This document shows, piece by piece, positions 55,975 to 64,000 of a stretch of DNA of 64,000 bases (the stretch's first letter is position 1; every line of letters starts with the position of its first letter). The stretch is taken from assembly GCA_030141605.1 (NCBI GenBank), contig JAQGDQ010000788.1, forward strand, positions 31,744 through 95,743, given 5' to 3'. Both the position numbers and the translations under genes were made by a program. The notes under the pieces were generated by a model. The model made no database searches and was not told where the DNA came from. It saw only the letters and a program-made list of their open reading frames with translations. This stretch comes from Tubiluchus corallicola (taxonomy: Eukaryota; Animalia; Priapulida).

Positions 55975-56726
55975 TGTAAATGCGTATTGTATAATAACTG
56001 CCATGTATTTGTGCTTGTTAATTGTTAACCCAATGAATTAAATTGAATTAATGTCTATGCGTATTGTATAATAACTGTGCTGTATTTGTGTCTGTTAATT
56101 GTTAACCTAATGAATTAAATTGAATTAATGTTTATGCAAATTACATTAATGTAAATGCGTATTGTATAATAACTGTGCTGTATTTGTGTCTGTTAATTGT
56201 TAACCCAATGAATTAAATTAAATTAATGTCTATGCAAATTACATTAATGTAAATGCGTATTGTATAATAACTGTGCTGTATTTGTGTCTGTTAATTGTTA
56301 ACCTAATGAATTAAATTGAATTAATGTTTATGCAAATTACATTAATGTAAATGCGTATTGTATAATAACTGTGCTGTATTTGTGTCTGTTAATTGTTAAC
56401 CTAATGAATTAAATTGAATTAATGTCTATGCAAATTACATTAATGTAAATGCGTATTGTATAATAACTGTGCTGTATTTGTGTCTGTTAATTGTTAACCC
56501 AATGAATTAAATTAAATTAATGTCTATGCAAATTACATTAATTTAAATGCGTATTGTATAATAACTGCAATGTATTTGTGCTTGTTAATTGTTAACCCAA
56601 TGAATTAAATTAAATTAATGTTTATGCAAATTACATTAATGTAAATGCGTATTGTATAATAACTGTGCTGTATTTGTGCCTGTTAATTGTTAACCCAATG
56701 AATTAAATTGAATTAATGTCTATGCA
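55975..56726. repeat. 98 bp AT-rich minisatellite; also at 59940-60297 (inverted) and 61386-61511 (forward)
   Basis: Period 98 (gtaaatgcgt at 56151, 56249 and 56347). Confidence 0.92.
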
Positions 56727-57390
56727 GTCCTTTGTTGATAATACCATGGTCTCCGTAGAGACAGATTTTAATCACCCTCTTCTTACAGCTTGTTTTATCG
56801 AAGCAATTATGTTTCGTAATAATGCAATTGAAACTCTAAATTTGTGTCAGCACTAATTTTATCACACTCCAGGATGTAATTAAAATTTCATCACGTTTTA
56901 TTGCAACTTACATTAAATTTAGCGCATGTAGAACCTCTCTTGATTTCCCTGTGACAGAATTCTGTTTCGTTGTCATTTCCGTTTGAACAAAACGGGCAGT
57001 AATAGAAAAACCGCTTTTAATTCTTTTTCTTGATTTGTATGACGTGCGCGCGATCTCTCATTTCAGATTATAATTATTTCCACAAAAACATGGCGAGATG
57101 ATAATTACGAAAGCCCGCGAGTGCCATAATGCAGCTTAGCAATGCGTGACTGAAATTTCTGTGAATCTTAATCGTCAGCACGCAGAAGAAACAAGTGTAA
57201 CGCTTTAAGCTTGTTAGGGGAGCGAATATTAAACAATGTGTGTATTTATTTATGTAGATTGTTGTGTTCCACAACAGCTTGCTAAACAGTAAATTATTAT
57301 AAGAATTATAACGCTTTATTGTACGCCTATTTGCAGTCATTCAATCTGTAACATTTTAATTTGATTACAAAATATAAAAACATGTATGTA

Positions 57391-58238
57391 GGCTTTACAT
57401 GTCAAATGTAGACCTGCGTTAACTCAAATGTAAACTTAGGTAGTTGAAATGTGTTTTGGTAACTCAAATGTAGACTTGGGTAGTTCAAATGTGTCTTGGT
57501 AACTCAAATGTAAACTTAGGTAGTTCAAATGTGTCTTGGTAACTCAAATGTAGACTTAGGTAGTTCAAATGTGTCTTGGTAACTCAAATGTAGACTTAGG
57601 TAGTTCAAATGTGTCTTGGTAACTCAAATGTAGACTTAGGTAGTTCAAATGTGTCTTGGTAACTCAAATGTAGACTTAGGTAGATCAAATGTGTCTTGGT
57701 AACTCAAATGTAGACTTAGGTAGTTCAAGTGTGTCTTGGTAACTCAAATGTAGATTTAGGTAATTAAGGATGTTAAATTTAATCTTCTTTAATTTCAATT
57801 TAGTAATTGCTCTTAAGTTAAAATAACAACGTTATAGGCCTACTAATAGTTCACTAATGTTCTCCAAACTTTACATACCATTGGAACTGTTAGAGAAAAC
57901 AATACATTCTTAAAATAAGCAATGTTTCTTGAGAGAAACTAATTCATTAATGCAGTGCTAATGCATTACTTAAAAAACTAATTAGTGATTCACTGTTCAT
58001 TGGGAAGTGATGCTGCCAATAGCACCATGACCATAAAATATAATTTTAATTTGGTTTTATCTTTTTGTAATTTGCACTTAAATGAGTTAATTGCCGATTT
58101 ATTCAAAGTACCGCACTACATTTGACTTACCTAGGTGACATTTGAGTTACCAAAACACATTCGAAATTCCTATGTCTACATTTGACTTACCTAAGTCACA
58201 TTTGAACTTTCCTGTGTCTACATTTGACGTGTAATACC
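57391..58238 (-). mobile_element. Family C MITE, copy 3, with an expanded 40 bp subterminal array
   Basis: Same TIRs and TA flanks; internal sequence is the reverse complement of 9180-9400. Confidence 0.85.
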
Positions 58239-58507
58239 TATACAAATATAGTAAAACAAATTTACAAAAATCACGTGCGTTTTACTAGCAAAATCTTTAA
58301 CAATTTCGCTTCTTCAGAACCTCAATAATTTAATTTTAATTTTTTTAATCAGAAAATTTATGTACATATGCATCTTACAGACATGTATCGTTAAATAGAT
58401 ATTATACAGAATCGTCATGCATGCAATTAGTTTGCTTAATCTTGATTTTCTGATGTGTTTTAGGGGACAAAATCGTCTTTTATAAAATTAATAAAAGCTA
58501 CTAGTAG

Positions 58508-58869
58508 CTTTGTGGGAATAACAAGAAGAGATAAAATTAGAAATAATAATATCAGAGGAACAGTGAAAGTAGTGGAAGCCTCGAAAAAGATACAAGAGGC
58601 AAGATTGCGATGGTATGGACACCTGAAAAGAAGAGTCGGGGAAGATCACGTGGGAAGGGAGGTCATGGAAATGGAAGTGCTGGGAAATAGAAGAAGAGGA
58701 CGACCCGACCTGAGATGGTTTGAATGTATTAATGGAGACCTTAGAGAGAAGAACATAAATGAAGAGATGGTCAACAACAGGAATGCGTGGAGAAGACTCA
58801 TTCACAACGGCGACCTCGCATAGGGAAAAGTTGGGAAGAAGAAGAAGAAGAAGAAGAAGAAGAAGAATG
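58508..58869 (+). mobile_element. 5'-truncated RTE copy (same family as 42559-43175)
   Basis: 14 bp TSD aaagctactagtag (58494-58507, 58870-58883); ORF GITRRDKIRN...RLRWYGHL...GRP...WRRL; (AAG)n tail. Confidence 0.9.
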
Positions 58870-59074
58870 AAAGCTACTAGTAGAATTTGACTTCGTTTCA
58901 TTTTTCATACCCGAAGCAGTAAAAGTAAAAAGGATCCACAATGCATGACAGCCATCAACTGTTCTTACTGTTTAAGGAAGATTTAAAGGGCCACACGCAC
59001 TTGCCCATTATAATTGACAATTGGACAATTGAGTATTTGTCCCGGGTTGAGTGGCTGAGTTCTCTGAGGAAAGG

Positions 59075-59231
59075 TGGAAAGTTGGACAAGCTGCCTTTCG
59101 CAGTTCACGACCGTCCTGCATGGAGATCCCTAGTCAACAACTGTGCCGAAAAACTCGATGAAGAAAGACGGATGCTTGGATATGCAAGAAGGTTCAAGTC
59201 GTGGATAAGAGATGGTTTCATGGACATCTGA
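59075..59231 (+). mobile_element. Possible remnant of the ORF end of a second RTE-type element
   Basis: Motif DRPAWRSLV. Confidence 0.35.
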
Positions 59232-59261
59232 CTCGCACTGATTTAGCCGTATCGGCTTCGA

Positions 59262-59390
59262 CGTTGTACTAGTGGCTGAGTGGTCTAGAGTTCCGGACTG
59301 CAGCCACGCAGTCTTGAGTTCGACTCTAGCGTCTGACAACTCCCGGGCATACACCTTACATGCTATTCGTTATTTGTAAGTTGCGTCAGC
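59262..59390 (+). mobile_element. tRNA(Cys-like)-derived SINE fragment
   Basis: A box TGGCTGAGTGG, loop CTGCAGC, B box GAGTTCGACTC; the body is shared with 46530-46670. Confidence 0.6.
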
Positions 59391-60483
59391 GCAAATCACT
59401 AAATATCCGTCAGTACTAATGTTATCTGTTTAATGCGCCCGCTCCCCTAACAAGCTTAAAGCGTTACACTTGTTTCTTCTGCGTGCTGACGATTAAGATT
59501 CACAGAAATTTCAGTCACGCATTGCTAAGCTGCATTATGGCACTCGCGGGCTTTCGTAATTATCATCTCGCCATGTTTTTGTGGAAATAATTATAATCTG
59601 AAATGAGAGATCGCGCGCACGTCATACAAATCAAGAAAAAGAATTAAAAGCGGTTTTTCTATTACTGCCCGTTTTGTTCAAACGGAAATGACAACGAAAC
59701 AGAATTCTGTCACCGGGAAATCAAGAGAGGTTCTACATGCGCTAAATTTAATGTAAGTTGCAATAAAACGTGATGAAATTTTAATTACATCCTGGAGTGT
59801 GATAAAATTAGTGCTGACACAAATTTAGAGTTTCAATTGCATTATTACGAAACATAATTGCTTCGATAAAACAAGCTGTAAGAAGAGGGTGGTTAAAATC
59901 TGTCTCTACGGAGACCATGGTATTATCAACAAAGGACTACATAGACATTAATTCAATTTAATTCATTGGGTTAACAATTAACAGGCACAAATACAGCACA
60001 GTTATTATACAATACGCATTTACATTAATGTAATTTGCATAAACATTAATTTAATTTAATTCATTGGGTTAACAATTAACAAGCACAAATACATGGCAGT
60101 TATTATACAATACGCATTTACATTAATGTAATTTGCATAAACATTAATTTAATTTAATTCATTGGGTTAAGAATTAACAAGCACAAATACATTGCAGTTA
60201 TTATACAATACGCATAGACATTAATTTAATTTAATTCATTGGGTTAACAATTAACAAGCACAAATACATGGCAGTTATTATACAATACGCATTTACAAAA
60301 TATTAATGACCAGAATGTATGATATATTAATGTATAATATACCGAATTGACACACCTAACAATTAATTGTTAAAATAGCATAACAAAGATAACAATTTTT
60401 AGACGTGTAGGCCTGGGTACAGGTGACGCTGTTGGATTGTGTGGCACACGAATGAAATCTTGGGCCTGCTCTGTCATGTTGAA

Positions 60484-60656
60484 GTCGTAGCTCAGGTGGC
60501 TTAGTATGAGATAAGAGGCATAATCCCAGGTTTCGGGTTCAAATCCCGACTAGTTCCCAATTTTTCAGGGTCTCCTTTCTTTCCTTAACTCATTACCCGC
60601 AGTGGGCAAGAATTAACCGCACTCTGCCATTCACAGTCATAATTTAATTAATAAAA
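60484..60656 (+). mobile_element. tRNA-like SINE or pseudogene (mirror copy at ~55628-55800 on the minus strand)
   Basis: A box TAGCTCAGGTGG, B box GGTTCAAATCC, T5 run after the head; no intact cloverleaf. Confidence 0.55.
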
Positions 60657-61511
60657 GACCAATCTCTGTTTGTTCTGTATTGGAAAAACATCCTAGCCTA
60701 CTCAACCTTAGATCAGTTCATAACTTGAACAAGAGTCAAAAGATCAGCCGAAGCTAACAAAGCATAAAAATCCAAAAGCAAATACATTTCGTGTCGTTAC
60801 GAACTAATGTTAAACAAAAGCGAGGATTTATTAACCCGATACTTGTCCAAACTACATCAGCATTAGTGGTTAAAAATCACACGCAATAAAACTCTGTTTG
60901 TTTTCGGCTTCCGTAGCTGATTATTGTTGCGGGCACAATTCGTTATAAAGCCGGTGCTAAAACTCTCGCTCAAGCTGTCAAATAAACTCAAATTTCTCAA
61001 TTAGTCGTGTCACGAAACCATCTAGGAGTATTTAGGTTAGGCGGAAGGTAGAATTCATAGCAACGACGCGCTGCATGGATGGGGAATTCGTTTATTGAAA
61101 GCTTTATGTCCTGGCACGATGAAAATTTTACGAAATGCGTGTTTGAGGATAGATGTAGATGACATTCTTGCTTTAGCAATAGGCAAAATCTTTGTAGTTA
61201 ATAGTCAATCTTAGATTCTTTTGCAGTTGTCACAGCTTGTGATAATTTACAAGGAATTTATATCAGCATCATGAATTAGAAGAATATTTTTCTTGTTTTA
61301 ATTTTCTTTCTCTCTGTTTTGTCTATCATTTTGCTCAACTGCGAGTCGTCCACAAAATCCAGGACGCGTGTTGTATGATCACCTGCAATGTATTTGTGCT
61401 TGTTAATTCTTAACCTAATGAATAAATTGAATTAATGTTTATGCAAATTACATTAATGTAAATGCGTATTGTATAATAACTGTGATGTATTTGTGTTTGT
61501 TAATTGTTAAC

Positions 61512-61513
<2 letters not shown>

Positions 61514-61575
<62 letters not shown>

Positions 61576-61740
61576 ATTAGTCAATCATTAACTAATCAAT
61601 CAACCAACGACTAACCAAATAACCAATCAAATACTCAGTCAGTCAGACAATCAATTAATCAATCAATCAGGCAGCCAACCAATCAATCAATCAATCAATC
61701 AGTAAATCAGTCAACCAATTAATGAATCAACCAACTAACT
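61514..61740. repeat. (TCAA)n microsatellite, degenerating 3'
   Basis: Read directly. Confidence 0.9.
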
Positions 61741-61987
61741 AAAAGGGAGGCCAGTTAATCTAATAAATCATAATAACACTTTGAACGTTTATTTTTGGCT
61801 TCATCAATAAAGTGAGCAAGCTGGTTCACAAACCAACCAACCAACAGCCCATCGCTAACCAGGGTTGTCGCCTAGCAGACGGGAAGCACAATACTAAACA
61901 TCCAAACAAACTACAAAACAGCCCATCGCTAACCAGCGACCAACGATCGACTTCGATCGTCTGCATCCTCCAACATACTTGAATCCA

Positions 61988-62927
61988 GTTGCAGTAAAAG
62001 CTAGTGCTTTTCGTTTTTTGTATCATTATTTCGACATCACATCCTTCTCAAGAATGTGTAATGTTATGAAGCCAAATATATAACATACAAAATCTCAGAT
62101 TAATGTTGTTGACGCCAAATTCAATGAAATTTTTATTCAAATTGCTTTTTTTCACATATAAACTTACAACGACCACCCCGTTGTCATAACCTGAAGTATC
62201 AGAAAGCTTTTCGCAATCTTTCTATCAACAATGCCTTTGGTAGGGATAGGAGCTCTTAGCAGGGATTTAGCTTGGTTATTAGTACACTTTTTAGGTCCTG
62301 TATCCGACTGTGATCATTTCAAAAATGTTGTACAATGGCGTAACTGATGTTCTTTAAACTATTAAACAAGGATCTCCAATGTTCTTAAACCTACTTGCTA
62401 AAGTTCTGTTTGTTTTACCGTGATAACTTTCTTGATATAAGCAGCATTGTTGCCGATGAATCGTTTTATAAATATTGCATGTCGCCGTTTGTTAGAAGTA
62501 CAGATTTCACATTCTGTGCTCGATACTCGGTAGAACGCATGTTAATCGGGACTTCATTCACGCATATTATTGGAATTTCACGGATATCACATGATTTAAT
62601 CCCTTTTTTGGAAAATTGCATCAGTAACCACGCTAAATCTATTTTATCTCTATCAAATTAATTAGAAAGTGTAAAGACACAAGTGATAGGAAGATCAGGG
62701 AAAGCCTTCTGATGTCCGCTTCTGATACTTTAAATTTTAATATGAGAGGAAGATGATCGTTACCAGTTTACTTGTGAAGAAAACAGTTTGAATAGAAATT
62801 CGTCGAATTTTGCTTCATTAACACTAATACAAGAATTTGTATGTTGTACTTTTGGTTACATATTCTTGAGAAGGACATAATGTCGAAATATAGTGTACAA
62901 AACGAACACACTAGGTTTTACTGCAAC
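61988..62927 (-). mobile_element. Penelope-like element remnant with inverted terminal repeats
   Basis: ~72 bp inverted repeats (61988-62061, 62856-62927); minus-strand GIY-YIG-type motif GKTNRTLASRFK at 62378-62419. Confidence 0.6.
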
Positions 62928-63449
62928 ATGTATGGTTACTTGTTTTATCTACGTGGTGTAATTCAGGACTAAAGTTGCAAAAGCATCATAACCAGATAAA
63001 CCTACACTTTATTGCCTCCTAGCGACAAATTTTTTCCTAGTCTGTCTATAAACGGATTTCCTTTGTCTTATAGTGTTATTGACTTATTTTAGCAGAGTTC
63101 AGTGACTCGGTAAAATAGTGTAAACCAGGAATAAGAGAATTCTCTTAAACGTAGCTTAATTTTCAGACCAGAGTTGTGATGGCAACATTTTATTCACAAA
63201 ACTGCGCGAGTTTCGTTTTAATGTGCCTCTTTTGTAAACGCGCACTATACCTGCCATGGATTCTAAATTTCCTAATTTTTCGAATTAGTTTCCCGTCTTG
63301 TAATGGACACCCATTGCATTGGTGAATTAGCTGATGACTTAATTTAATTTGTTGACCAATTTATTACAAAGCGCAGGCATGCGAATGTTGACAGCTTGCA
63401 TTGATAGTAAATAATGCGTAACAATTGACCCTGAGCATTGAAACCTAAC

Positions 63450-63600
63450 GGCGCGTTCAGACTAGCGAGATTTCTGTCTTTTTTTCTCTGAGAATAAACA
63501 TCGCACGTGTGAACGGCTTTGCCAGTTATTGCCGACAAGTTTTTGCAAATTCTCCGACAGTTGCTGCAAGTTGATGCTCTCTATATAGTCTGAACACGCT
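63450..63600. mobile_element. Short Harbinger-like MITE
   Basis: Termini GGCGCGTTCAGACTA / TAGTCTGAACACGC. Confidence 0.5.
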
Positions 63601-64000
63601 TCCGAGTTACTTGCTGATTGCTAAAACTTTTTAATAGTTCCTACTAATTAAATTATAAGAAACCAGTTGAAATCTACCTCCAGCATTCTGGCCGACTTCT
63701 TCGTTTACCGGAAAAGACAACGTGTGTATTTGTATGTGCTTTGTGGTCGTCGGAAATACTACGTCGCTAACAATACTAAAAAATACTAACCAAGTTTTTA
63801 TGTTTCCTTAAGTGTTCAGTTAGTTATGTATAAATGTTTTCCAAAATGAGGAAGCTAATGGCCTTTGCGATCTATAAAAAAGTTAAAATTACTTATAGAA
63901 AGGTATATATGAACAATACTAAGACTTTACTTTAAGGAATAACATGCTCACCCTATGAATTACAGCCAACTGCATACACATAATCATATAGATCAGTCAA

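Larger units (their letters stand above)
54899..61385. repeat. Long inverted duplication: arms 54899-57224 and 59440-61385, spacer 57225-59439
   Basis: The arms are near-identical reverse complements; they differ by a few SNPs, a 13 bp indel and four 98 bp minisatellite units. Confidence 0.95.

Noticed and set aside
60484-60560. Functional tRNA gene (also 59262-59340)
   Set aside because: A and B boxes are present, but the acceptor and anticodon stems do not pair properly; better explained as SINE heads.

Overview
AT-rich, repeat-dense DNA from a eukaryote, most likely an invertebrate animal; it is not prokaryotic and has no CRISPR array or operon. The only credible host coding sequence is a first coding exon on the minus strand (25612-25808) whose C-terminal part resembles the N-terminus of vesicular glutamate transporters (VGLUT, SLC17A6/7/8). 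I found no convincing exon 2, so 1-25611 is probably a first intron of more than 25 kb and 26000-64000 is upstream or intergenic DNA. The rest is microsatellites, minisatellites, LINE 3' fragments (CR1/L2/Crack, RTE, CCHC-bearing clades), MITEs (piggyBac-, hAT-, Harbinger-like and a TA-flanked family), tRNA-derived SINEs and a Penelope-like remnant. The most notable items are: (1) a 70-71 bp tandem repeat that copies the exon-1 splice donor nine times; (2) a TSD-flanked SINE with a 5S rRNA head and an RTE-like body and tail; (3) an internally deleted RTE with a twister-ribozyme-like 5' motif; (4) a 6.5 kb inverted duplication with template-switch signatures; (5) a candidate recursive splice site inside a hairpin. 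Family assignments come from motif recognition by eye, not from database searches.
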